Positions 17,751 through 26,428 of a stretch of 33,295 nt of DNA are shown piece after piece. How positions within the stretch are numbered: the first letter of the stretch is position 1; the number at the start of each line of letters is the position of its first letter. Position numbers and translations under genes: made by a program. Origin of the DNA: Actinomycetes bacterium (GTDB taxonomy: Bacteria; Actinomycetota; Actinomycetes; JAHEKZ01). The notes beneath the pieces are model-generated. The model saw only the letters and a program-made list of their open reading frames with translations. It was not told the DNA's origin and made no database searches. The stretch covers positions 1 through 33,295 of the forward strand of contig JBDTTS010000001.1 in NCBI GenBank assembly GCA_039930525.1, in the 5' to 3' direction.

Positions 17751-19784
17751 TCAGCAGCCCTTCGTTGCCTTCAGCTTTGCCACTGCGCATCCGTTGCTGT
17801 CCTTGCCGTCGACAGACACCTTGACGAAGGGGCCACTGTCAAGACGCTTGGGACCAACGATCCGCACCTTGAGTTGAGTAGTCCCGCGATCGACGGCGAC
17901 CAGCTGGTGGAACTTACCCTGCGAGGTGAACACCACTTGGAACCGGTCGCTGTGGCGTCCGCGATCGACGACCAGCACAGCCGACTCGCCCTTACATGTG
18001 GTGTTGCCACACGCACGCTTCGCATTCAGCGGGCTCAGCCCGCCCGTGACCTCGACGGCCCGAGTGCCAGAGCTGGCGATCGACTGCACGTGCGATCCGT
18101 AGATGGCTGCCGACCGCTTCTTCGGCGTCATCCAGGTGGAACCGATGGTCTTGCCGTTCTCGTCTTTGTTGATGAGGATCAGGTGGGTATGCAGGTCGTA
18201 CCACCGTGCCCGCTTGGGAATATCGATCGTGACACTCAGCGGGAACTTGGCGTCCTGATCGACTTTGATCTTCTTCTGGCCGTTGCCCCCAGATCCATCG
18301 ACGTGGACGATGCCGCGAATAACGTCGATGTCCTCGGGATCACGTGGCTTGTCCCACGAGATGATCACCTGGTCACGATCGCGCTGGACCTTGACACCGC
18401 TGAGCTTGGCGGGGCTATCGCCTCGACCCCGCTGGTAGCGCGAACGTGGATACGAGGTGACGTCGCCAGAAGAGGTGTGTGCAGTGACGGTGAACCAAGC
18501 CCCCGGAGGCAACAGCACATCAGCGCGCACCTGTAGCCCACCGACGTCATACGTGGCCAAGGTCGTTGGCGTGTACACCGTCACTGTGTATCCGGTGACC
18601 GTGTCTGCCGCCGGGGGACTCCACGAGACGACCGACTCGCCGTTCTTACCGCCCCAGGATGGCTCGTACCACGTGGGGAAGAAGTTCTGCTTCTTAGGAT
18701 TCGGGGCGGCCGCCCCCACCGCCGCGGCAGTATCGACGATGCCCCAGCCATAGTTTGGGTCGCGGCCAGTGACTCCAAGGTCCTTTGCCGTTGAGGTGAG
18801 TTGGTCCTCGACCTGGTCAGGGGTCCACGCCGGGTGCTTCTCGAGCACCAGGGCCACAGCACCGGCCACGACGGGCGACGACATCGAGGTTCCGCTGGCC
18901 ATGAGGTGAGGCGTCGGCGAATTGTCGGCCACCGTCGAGTCGACCGACAAGATGTCCTCACCAGGCGCCGAGATGTCGACAGTTGCGTCGAACGACGACC
19001 AGTAGGTGCGCTCCAATGATGGCGCAAGGGCCGCGACTGTGAAGGTGCCGTCGCACGAGGCCGGAACGTTCTCGGGGTTGCCCCAATCCCCACTGTTGCC
19101 AGCCGAGGCCACCACAACGGTGCCGGCCGCCCTCGCGTTGCCAACAGCGTCGCAGAGCAGATCGATGGCTTCAAGATATGCCGCCGACTTGTCGGTGGGG
19201 ACAATCCCGCTGGACTGTCCGCCAAGCGACATGTTGATGACGTCAGCGCCGCTGGCTACCGAGAAATCGATCGACTGCGCGATGAGCTTCCAGAACTGAA
19301 TGTCGCGAATGTAAAAGCGCCGCGGGAAGGTGTGGACCGGCATGATCTGCGCCCCAGGCGCGATACCGGTGATGCCGTTGCCGTCGTCATCGCCGGCGAT
19401 GATGCCCGAAACGTGCGACCCGTGGCCGTACCAGTCGTCCGACGTCTGCTCGATAGTTGTGGCAGGCACCAACTCGAACCTGCGGGTATCCTCGATCCGC
19501 TGGACGAAGGCGCCGGGAACAACCTGGCCCTCAAGGTCTGGGTGCGTGGCGTCGACGCCGGTGTCGATGACGGCGACAGTGACCCCCGCCCCAGTCGCCT
19601 CGGTGTGTGCTTCGGCCGCGTTCACCGCTGGAAGCATCCACTGATACTCGGTCACGTCGCCATTCACCACTGCGTCGACCGCTGGTGGGAAACTCGACGC
19701 ATCGGCACCAGCCGAAGTCGGCATCATCAGGCCGAGCCCGATGGCTCCAGCGACACCAGCAGAGAATAGTCGGCTGTTCCGCAC
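17751..19784 (-). CDS. secreted S8-family serine peptidase (subtilase) with about 320-aa C-terminal beta-rich extension
   Basis: Catalytic contexts VAVIDTGVD (Asp), YGHGSHVSG (His), SGTSMSSPVVAG (Ser). Preferred start is the GTG at 19784 (GGGGG 5 nt upstream), giving signal peptide MRNSRLFSAGVAGAIGLGLMMPTSAGA. The ORF-track start at 19862 has no SD. Confidence 0.85.
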   Translation of the reverse strand: MRNSRLFSAGVAGAIGLGLMMPTSAGADASSFPPAVDAVVNGDVTEYQWMLPAVNAAEAHTEATGAGVTVAVIDTGVDATHPDLEGQVVPGAFVQRIEDTRRFELVPATTIEQTSDDWYGHGSHVSGIIAGDDDGNGITGIAPGAQIMPVHTFPRRFYIRDIQFWKLIAQSIDFSVASGADVINMSLGGQSSGIVPTDKSAAYLEAIDLLCDAVGNARAAGTVVVASAGNSGDWGNPENVPASCDGTFTVAALAPSLERTYWSSFDATVDISAPGEDILSVDSTVADNSPTPHLMASGTSMSSPVVAGAVALVLEKHPAWTPDQVEDQLTSTAKDLGVTGRDPNYGWGIVDTAAAVGAAAPNPKKQNFFPTWYEPSWGGKNGESVVSWSPPAADTVTGYTVTVYTPTTLATYDVGGLQVRADVLLPPGAWFTVTAHTSSGDVTSYPRSRYQRGRGDSPAKLSGVKVQRDRDQVIISWDKPRDPEDIDVIRGIVHVDGSGGNGQKKIKVDQDAKFPLSVTIDIPKRARWYDLHTHLILINKDENGKTIGSTWMTPKKRSAAIYGSHVQSIASSGTRAVEVTGGLSPLNAKRACGNTTCKGESAVLVVDRGRHSDRFQVVFTSQGKFHQLVAVDRGTTQLKVRIVGPKRLDSGPFVKVSVDGKDSNGCAVAKLKATKGC

Positions 19785-19896
19785 GTCGACCCCCGTAGAC
19801 GACCGCACAGAAACCGTTTGCTCCCATGTCAGCGCGCTGAACATAACCCAGTTGTTGATCACGTGGAAGGAGCCGGACAGGTGTTACCCCAAATAG

Positions 19897-20628
19897 TTAT
19901 GCAGCAACCGCGAGCAGGGCAACGTCGCCGACGGCCGCCAGCATGACCAGCGTGAACACCGGGCGGCCCATGCGATCTGTTGCGACGAGTGCTGAACCGG
20001 CGATTAGGGGAAGCAGCACCGCAGCCAGGGCTACTAGGTGCGCCCAACCTTCGAGGTCGAGGTGAGCAAGGAGCAGAGTGCCGGCGGCGCCAAGAAGGAC
20101 CAGAGCCAGAGCCACCGACGGACGAGCGCCAAGGCGCTGCGGCAGCCCCAGAACTCCAGCGGCTCGATCCTGCACGACGTCTGGCGCGGCATTGGCGAAG
20201 TGTGCAGCAGCACCGAGCAGCCCACCAGCCACCCCCAGCCACCATGCGGCGTCGACGCCGGCGACTCCCACTACGTAGAGCGGCAGCGCGGCGAAACCGA
20301 CGAGGTAGGGCAGCGGTGACCACGGCGTCGGCTTGAGCGCCACGTTGTAGACCCAGCCGGATGCCAGCAGCAGAACGTGCCACGCGCCGACCCACCCGGC
20401 GAGCAACGACAGCGGAACGGCGACCGCCCCTGCCGCGAACGCGGCGGTGCGCAATGTCGAGGCTGCGATGTAGCCCTGAGCCGCGGGTTTGTCGCGCCGA
20501 CCAGCCTCCGCGTCATGTGCGGCGTCCCACCAGTCGTTCGACCAGCCGATCGACAGCTGACCGACGAGCACCGTCGCAGCCACGAGTGCCAGGCCGTTCG
20601 CGTCGAGTCCCGCCGAGACCCCTAACAA
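19897..20628 (-). CDS. UbiA-family prenyltransferase (the true 5' end is probably upstream, near 20701-20709)
   Basis: Polytopic protein with NDWWDAAHDAEAGRRDKP (NDxxDxxxD...R..KP) and a second Asp-rich motif PDVVQDRAAG. The TTG start at 20628 bisects a helix. The in-frame upstream sequence reads ...ILLSPAAGALARACHPGPTAAVTTIAI. Confidence 0.75.
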   Translation of the reverse strand: MLGVSAGLDANGLALVAATVLVGQLSIGWSNDWWDAAHDAEAGRRDKPAAQGYIAASTLRTAAFAAGAVAVPLSLLAGWVGAWHVLLLASGWVYNVALKPTPWSPLPYLVGFAALPLYVVGVAGVDAAWWLGVAGGLLGAAAHFANAAPDVVQDRAAGVLGLPQRLGARPSVALALVLLGAAGTLLLAHLDLEGWAHLVALAAVLLPLIAGSALVATDRMGRPVFTLVMLAAVGDVALLAVAA

Positions 20629-20713
20629 GATGGCGATGGTCGTGACGGCCGCCGTTGGGCCGGGGTGACAGGCCCTGGCCAGCGCGCCCGCCGCAGGGCT
20701 CAGCAGGATGCGA

Positions 20714-23700
20714 TCACTGTGACTTCAGAACGATCGAGAACATGGTTGCCTTGCGTGTCGCCCCGTCGGCCGTTGCGGTCAGCTCGCCACGAAGGCCGGC
20801 AAGAGTCGGGCCGCCATCATCGGTCAACAGCGAAGAGACCCGAGCATCTGCACCCGAGCTGAACTCGTCAGCCCGCATCGACTGTCCACTGGGCGCGGTC
20901 CACTGGGTGGTTTGGTTCGCTGTGCGGTCAGCCCAATACGAGATCAGCCACTGCCCATCCAGAGGAACGTCGATGGTCGGCGTGGTGTGGTGGTTTACTC
21001 CGCCGTTCACAAGCGTCGGCTCGTCGACCGATGCCACCCCGACAATGGGGGGTGAAGCGACGCCTGAGTAGACCCCGATGGTGCTCGTGTGCGGCGCCGA
21101 GCCCGCCACACCGAGGGCGTCGCGGAGCCGCACGCTGACGGTCGTTCCGAGGTCGCCCGCGGTGGCGAAGCGCCAGAAGACCTGGGTGCGCAACTGGTCG
21201 TCGGTTTGCTCGCCGAGCACGTTCCAGTCACTCGGGGTGTCGGCTGTGCGGTCGTTGCCGTTGCTGACGAACAACAGCAGCAGGTCGCCCACCTGGGTTG
21301 TGGGTGGCACCGTCGTCGCCGCGAGGTTGCCGTTTCCGCCGTCGGTGCTGGACGCGTCACGGAATGCCACCGTGGTCGGGATTGCGTTGACCGTCTTCGT
21401 GGTGCTCGTCGTGGCGACTCCACCCCGGTTGTCGGTGACTGTGAGCGTAATGAGGTAGGCGCCGTCAGCCGCAAACACATGGTTTGCCGTAGCTCCCGAT
21501 CCGGTCGACCCGTCGCCGAAGGTCCAGGCGTACGACGCGATAGAGCCATCAGTGTCGGTGCTCGTTGATGCGTCAACCGCGCAGTCGAGTCCCCAGCAGC
21601 TCACGTCGAATGCAGCCGTGGGCAGGACGTTAGGCGGCGCGGCCACTGACACGACGCGCGTCTTGCTTTTGGTCAAGCCGCGGTTGTCGGTCACCGTCAC
21701 GGTGATGGTGTAGTCGCCGTCGACGGCGTACTCATGCTCGGTGTTCTTTCCGGTCAGCACTGTCCCGTCGCCGTAGTCGACGCCGTAGCCAATGACACCG
21801 CCATCTGGGTCGGTGCTCTTCGACCCGTTGACGACGCAAGTCAAACCGGTGCAGGTGCTGGTGAAGTCAGCGACGGGCGGAAGGTTCGGGGCCAGCGTCG
21901 CCCACTGGCTGGAGAGGAAGAGCGCTTTGGCCCGCCAGTCAATGGTCTGGTTGACCACCTGCGCGGTACCGATGAACCTATTGTCACGGAACTGGACTCG
22001 GTTCAGCGAGCCGGTCGTGCGGTCGGCGAAGTAGACCTGACCACCCGTCAAGAACATGCCTTGCACCTTGCCGGTGCGCAGAGCACCGGTCTTACCCAGC
22101 GTCTGACGGGAAGCTCCCACAACGCGGCTCTCAGGAGTGAACGCGCGCCAAAACAGAGCGGTCGAACCTTGCATCGTGTAGTAGATGCGCGCACGCACCG
22201 GGTCGTAGAACATTCCGGTGATCGAGGCGATGTCGTTGACGAAGTTGTTGGTGTAACCAGGTGTGGCAGGCGTCCCCGAGTACAAGTCGATCTGCTGAGT
22301 GGCCCCAAAACTGACACCGTCAAAGGACTGCGCGGTGAACGTTCCGTTGCCCCACGCGACGTAGACGGTGTCATCAACGGCGAAGGCGGCACGTGCCGTG
22401 CTCCACGGCTGGTCGCCCGCTGACGTTGCCTGCGCATTGACCGTTGTTCCGTCAAATCCGCTCAACCTCTGGTCGTCGACGCCAGCACCCGCGATGGCAC
22501 CCAACTGCCAGACATCGCCCGGCAGACGACCTATCGCGTCCGCGGGCAGCGTGGCGTTGCCGAACGGGAATCCGGCCAGCCGCGGACGGTACTCACCCGC
22601 CCAGCTGTTGGTGTCGGAGACCGACCACAGCATCGTGTCGGTCGGCAAGAAGTCGAAGACACCAAGACCCCGCTCCCTGCCCGGGTTCCAGCTGTATGGC
22701 AAGCCGTTGCGAGTATCGACGGCCGCAAGCCCCTCGGTCGGCCAGGCTCCGGAACCGGCAGCGTCACCCTTGTAAGGATTGTTTAGCCAGCGCATGTGAC
22801 CACCGAGATACGCGATGGGACCGGTCACCTCCACAGCGGTGAGAGTGTCGCCGCCGGTGTAGTTGACCCATTTGGGCACACGCTTGGTGCCCTTGCCCTG
22901 CATGTCCCACCGAGCTGCGGAGTCACACAGCTGACCACTGCGGTAGCTGCCGGTGGTGACGACGAGGAAGAACTTGCCGTTCGGCGAGACGTCGATGTCG
23001 CGCATGTAGGTGGGGAATACCGTGTTGCAGACATTGCCATAGCGCTCGGTTGCCCAGTTCTTCAACACCGCGGTCGACTTCTTGGTGTTCCACATGGCCA
23101 GCTGGCTGCGCGTCTTGCCGTCGACCTGGGTGAAGTTTCCGATCGCTACCAATCGATTTCCGTTGGGCGACAGATCGAAGGCCTTGATCGACGCGACCCC
23201 TTTACCCTCCTGAAGCGTTCCGCTGATCACGCTGTTCATGGCGGTGGTCAACGCGCCGGTGCTGGCATCGAGGGAGGCCATGGCCTGACGTGCCTGTCCA
23301 CCCACGGTGGCGAAGTCGCCGCCGATGAACAGCCGCCCCTTCGACAGCTTCATGGCGGTGACTTCAGCGCTGATGGCCGGTGGGTTGAACGAGTTGACTG
23401 CCTGACCCGTCTCAAGGTTGAGCAGGACGAGCCTGCTGTGGTTGTCTCCGTTCACCTTGCCGAAGGCGCCAGCCACCCAGACCTTGTCGCCATCAGGGTG
23501 CGGAAGCACCGTGGTGACATCGCCGTTGAGGGTGGGGAGGAAGGCGTTGTCGATCTTTCCGGTATCGGGGTCGAACGCGAAAAGGCCCCGCTGGTTGATG
23601 ATCGGGCCACTGCCCGCGTTCTGGATCTGGGTGAAGTTGCCACCGACCACCATGCGGTCGCCCACCTGAACCACCGACCGCGCCTGCGCATCCAGAACCC

Positions 23701-23854
23701 GAGGCGTGATGTCGATGGGGTTGCTGCTCGGGATGACGTTGCTGCTGCCGGCTTGAGCGGTTGACATGGTGGCGAACTGAACGCCAGACGCCATGGTGGC
23801 CGCCGCGACGGCAACAACACCGACTCGACGAACAACACGATGTGCTCTGAACAC
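20714..23854 (-). CDS. large secreted protein: beta-propeller-like repeats, second beta-rich region, two PKD domains, unassigned C-terminal domain
   Basis: Preferred GTG start at 23854 (GGGGGAGA SD upstream) gives signal peptide VFRAHRVVRRVGVVAVAAATMASGVQFATMSTAQA. Repeated blades GGNFTQI / AGAFGKVNG / GGDFATVGG / IGNFTQVDG. PKD-like units at about 21647-21880 (STDPDG...YGDG...YTITVTVTDNRG) and about 21389-21631 (STDTDG...FGDG...YLITLTVTDNRG). Confidence 0.8.
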   Translation of the reverse strand: MFRAHRVVRRVGVVAVAAATMASGVQFATMSTAQAGSSNVIPSSNPIDITPRVLDAQARSVVQVGDRMVVGGNFTQIQNAGSGPIINQRGLFAFDPDTGKIDNAFLPTLNGDVTTVLPHPDGDKVWVAGAFGKVNGDNHSRLVLLNLETGQAVNSFNPPAISAEVTAMKLSKGRLFIGGDFATVGGQARQAMASLDASTGALTTAMNSVISGTLQEGKGVASIKAFDLSPNGNRLVAIGNFTQVDGKTRSQLAMWNTKKSTAVLKNWATERYGNVCNTVFPTYMRDIDVSPNGKFFLVVTTGSYRSGQLCDSAARWDMQGKGTKRVPKWVNYTGGDTLTAVEVTGPIAYLGGHMRWLNNPYKGDAAGSGAWPTEGLAAVDTRNGLPYSWNPGRERGLGVFDFLPTDTMLWSVSDTNSWAGEYRPRLAGFPFGNATLPADAIGRLPGDVWQLGAIAGAGVDDQRLSGFDGTTVNAQATSAGDQPWSTARAAFAVDDTVYVAWGNGTFTAQSFDGVSFGATQQIDLYSGTPATPGYTNNFVNDIASITGMFYDPVRARIYYTMQGSTALFWRAFTPESRVVGASRQTLGKTGALRTGKVQGMFLTGGQVYFADRTTGSLNRVQFRDNRFIGTAQVVNQTIDWRAKALFLSSQWATLAPNLPPVADFTSTCTGLTCVVNGSKSTDPDGGVIGYGVDYGDGTVLTGKNTEHEYAVDGDYTITVTVTDNRGLTKSKTRVVSVAAPPNVLPTAAFDVSCWGLDCAVDASTSTDTDGSIASYAWTFGDGSTGSGATANHVFAADGAYLITLTVTDNRGGVATTSTTKTVNAIPTTVAFRDASSTDGGNGNLAATTVPPTTQVGDLLLLFVSNGNDRTADTPSDWNVLGEQTDDQLRTQVFWRFATAGDLGTTVSVRLRDALGVAGSAPHTSTIGVYSGVASPPIVGVASVDEPTLVNGGVNHHTTPTIDVPLDGQWLISYWADRTANQTTQWTAPSGQSMRADEFSSGADARVSSLLTDDGGPTLAGLRGELTATADGATRKATMFSIVLKSQ

Positions 23855-24093
23855 GAGATCTCCCCCTAAGAGATACATCTGCCGTCGGTTCGGTGTGACG
23901 TGCGAAGCGGGCCGACGCGATGAGAGCCCCATTCTGTCCTGCTCGCGGCCCGACCCACCATCATTCCGACGGACAACGCCCCGACATGACGCTCGTAACT
24001 TCGGAACGTAATCGGCTCGCTACTTTTCGTGACATCGCCCCTCATTCTGTCCGGACGGTGTATCAGCTGCGCCAGGATGCCTACCCTCAGGGC

Positions 24094-24687
24094 ATGCCGA
24101 TCGACATCCGACCTGCCACCGAGGAGCGGTTCGATGACGTCGCGACGCTTCTGGCACCCAAAGATCCACGAGCTCCCGCCTGTTGGTGTCTTACTTACCG
24201 AATGAGCAGCGGTGATCTTCGGCTCAGGAGTGGCACAAGTCGGGCGACGACCATGCGAGGGCTCTGTTCTGCTCCCGTTCCGCCTGGTGTGCTTGCCTAC
24301 CACGACGCCGACGACGACGCCGACGCCGTTGGCTGGTGCTCGGTGAGTCCAAGAAGCAGCTACCACCGAATCGTGCACTCGCGCGTCATACCGAAGATCG
24401 ACGACCAGCCGGTGTGGAGCGTGGTCTGTTTCGTGGTGCACCCCGGGTTCCGGCGCCAAGGCGTGGCAACGGCGCTCCTTGAAGGAGCCGTGGCCTTTGC
24501 CCGCGAGCAGGGGGCCACCACCCTTGAGGGTTACCCGGCGGACACCGACGGCCAGCGGATCAGCGCCACCTACGCCTACACCGGAACCCGGTCGCTTTTT
24601 GAACGGGCGGGATTCACGGTCGTTTCCGAGACCACGAGCAAGACAGGTGGCATGCCACGCGTTGTGATGCGCCGCGACGTCGGGTGA
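24094..24687 (+). CDS. GNAT-family N-acetyltransferase
   Basis: ORF trimmed to the ATG at 24094 (MPIDIRPATEERFDDV). Acetyl-CoA motif FVVHPGFRRQGVATALLEGAVAFAREQG. Confidence 0.8.
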   Translation: MPIDIRPATEERFDDVATLLAPKDPRAPACWCLTYRMSSGDLRLRSGTSRATTMRGLCSAPVPPGVLAYHDADDDADAVGWCSVSPRSSYHRIVHSRVIPKIDDQPVWSVVCFVVHPGFRRQGVATALLEGAVAFAREQGATTLEGYPADTDGQRISATYAYTGTRSLFERAGFTVVSETTSKTGGMPRVVMRRDVG

Positions 24688-24704
24688 GCGCCGGGCGCCA
24701 ACGA

Positions 24705-26072
24705 TCATCCATGCGCCATGTCGACGAACCGTGAGTAGTGGCCCTGGAACGCAACGGTGATGGTGGCTGTCGGGCCGTTGCGGTGCTTGGCCACGATGAA
24801 GTCGGCCTCACCAGCGCGTGGAGACTCGCGCTCGTAGGCGTCCTCGCGGTGAAGCAGGATGACCATGTCTGAGTCTTGCTCGATCGAGCCGGACTCACGG
24901 AGGTCAGAGAGCATCGGCTTCTTGTCGGTGCGCTGCTCGGGTCCACGGTTGAGCTGGCTGAGTGCCACGACCGGCACCTCAAGTTCCTTGGCGAGAAGCT
25001 TGAGCGCACGCGAGAACTCAGCAACCTCTTGCTGGCGGCTCTCGACTCGCTTACCGCTGCTCATCAGCTGCAGATAGTCGATGACGACCAACTTGAGATC
25101 GTGCCGTTGCTTGAGCCGCCGACACTTGGCTCTGATCTCCATCATCGTCATGTTGGGACTGTCGTCAATGAAGAGTGGAGCGCTGGCCACCTCGGACATT
25201 TTGCGGGCCAGCTTGGTCCAGTCGTCATCACCGAGTCCGCCGGTGCGCATGTGGTGCAGACCGACCCTGGCCTCGGCCGACAGAAGGCGCATCGTGATTT
25301 CTTGGCGCGTCATCTCGAGCGAGAAGATGACGCTGGTGAGACCGCCCTTGATGGACGCCGCGCGCGCGAAGTCGAGCGCAAGGGTGGACTTTCCGAGACC
25401 GGGGCGGGCGGCCACCACGATCAGCTGCCCTGGATGCAAGCCGTTGGTCAGAGCATCGAGGTCGGTGAATCCGGTCGGGACGCCGACCATCGTGCCGCCT
25501 CTGGAACCGATCGCCTCGATCTCGTCGAGAGTGCCCTCCATGATCTCGGCAAGCGGTGCGTAGTCCTCGCTGGTACGACGCTCGGTGACTTGGTAGATCT
25601 CGGCCTGAGCCCGGTCGACGACCTCGTCGACCTCGCCGGTGTCGGCATACCCCATCTGAGTAATTCGGGTGCCCGCCTCGACGAGTCGGCGCAGGATCGC
25701 GCGCTCGGAGACGATGCGGGCGTAGTAGCCGGCGTTGGCAGCCGTCGGTACCGACGAGATCAGCGTGTGTAGGTAGGGAGCCCCGCCGATTCGGCCGAGC
25801 TCGCCGCGCTTGGTCAGCTCACCCGACAACGTGATGGCGTCGGCCGGTTCGCCACGCCCGTAGAGATCGAGGATCGCCTCGTAGATGGTCTGATGTGCTG
25901 GCTTATAGAAGTCACCGCCCCTGAGCGACTCGACGACATCGGCAATGGCGTCCTTGGAGAGCAGCATGCCGCCAAGAACGCTCTGCTCGGCCTCGAGATC
26001 TTGCGGCGGGGTGCGGTCGAAGGAGGCGAAGGAATCGGCCCCACTTCGCCCTGGCAATTCAGCGACCGTCAC
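24705..26072 (-). CDS. dnaB: replicative DNA helicase DnaB (no intein)
   Basis: PQDLEAEQSVLGGMLLSKDAIADV N-terminus, Walker A AARPGLGKST, Walker B LVVIDYLQLM, SGSIEQDSDMV. Start set at GTG 26072 (GAGG SD 6 nt upstream). The ORF-track extension to 26243 lacks DnaB-like sequence. Confidence 0.9.
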   Translation of the reverse strand: MTVAELPGRSGADSFASFDRTPPQDLEAEQSVLGGMLLSKDAIADVVESLRGGDFYKPAHQTIYEAILDLYGRGEPADAITLSGELTKRGELGRIGGAPYLHTLISSVPTAANAGYYARIVSERAILRRLVEAGTRITQMGYADTGEVDEVVDRAQAEIYQVTERRTSEDYAPLAEIMEGTLDEIEAIGSRGGTMVGVPTGFTDLDALTNGLHPGQLIVVAARPGLGKSTLALDFARAASIKGGLTSVIFSLEMTRQEITMRLLSAEARVGLHHMRTGGLGDDDWTKLARKMSEVASAPLFIDDSPNMTMMEIRAKCRRLKQRHDLKLVVIDYLQLMSSGKRVESRQQEVAEFSRALKLLAKELEVPVVALSQLNRGPEQRTDKKPMLSDLRESGSIEQDSDMVILLHREDAYERESPRAGEADFIVAKHRNGPTATITVAFQGHYSRFVDMAHG

Positions 26073-26168
26073 CGGCGACCTCGCTCTCGGTAGGACCTGG
26101 TTGGCTTGGGCCTGCCGCGAGGCCCAGGGACGTTCTACCTGGAGGTTCCGACAGTGCCCAAACCAGCC

Positions 26169-26317
26169 TGTGGATGAAGTTGTTGACAACCGAGGCTTTC
26201 CTGGGGAAACCCCGACCCAGAACGGGGAAGGACCTGGGGACACAGCTGGGGATGACTGACCGGATCCACGACACTCCGCCGCTGACCTGCACGATCGGTA
26301 TCCACCCCTGTGGACAG
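26169..26317 (-). promoter_or_regulatory. DnaA-box-like 9-mers in the dnaB leader
   Basis: Minus strand TCATCCACA (26169-26177) and CTGTCCACA (26309-26317). Plus strand GTATCCACC (26298-26306), facing the latter. Each matches 7-8 of 9 positions of TT(A/G)TCCACA. Confidence 0.3.
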
Positions 26318-26371
26318 AAGATCGATACCCGAGATCTCACATGCTGAGCAGCTGGCTGGTCCGCTACGGCG

Positions 26372-26413
26372 AACGCGGGAGCGAGCGCCCGGTCAGGCGT
26401 TCACTCCCGCGTT
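26372..26413 (-). terminator. 10-bp-stem hairpin 16 nt downstream of rplI (terminator/attenuator candidate)
   Basis: aacgcgggag (26372-26381) is the exact reverse complement of ctcccgcgtt (26404-26413). 22-nt loop and no U-tract. Confidence 0.4.
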
Positions 26414-26428
26414 GCGGACGAGCAATGA

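Noticed and set aside
24705-26072. Intein in dnaB, as found in some mycobacteria.
   Set aside because: The helicase length is normal and its motifs are contiguous, with no Cys/Ser...HN splice-junction insertion.
26059-26340. 93-aa ORF in the rplI-dnaB gap as a possible small gene.
   Set aside because: It has a GTG start without an SD, by eye its third-position GC is clearly lower than in neighbouring genes, and the peptide has no recognisable features. It is treated as a non-coding leader.
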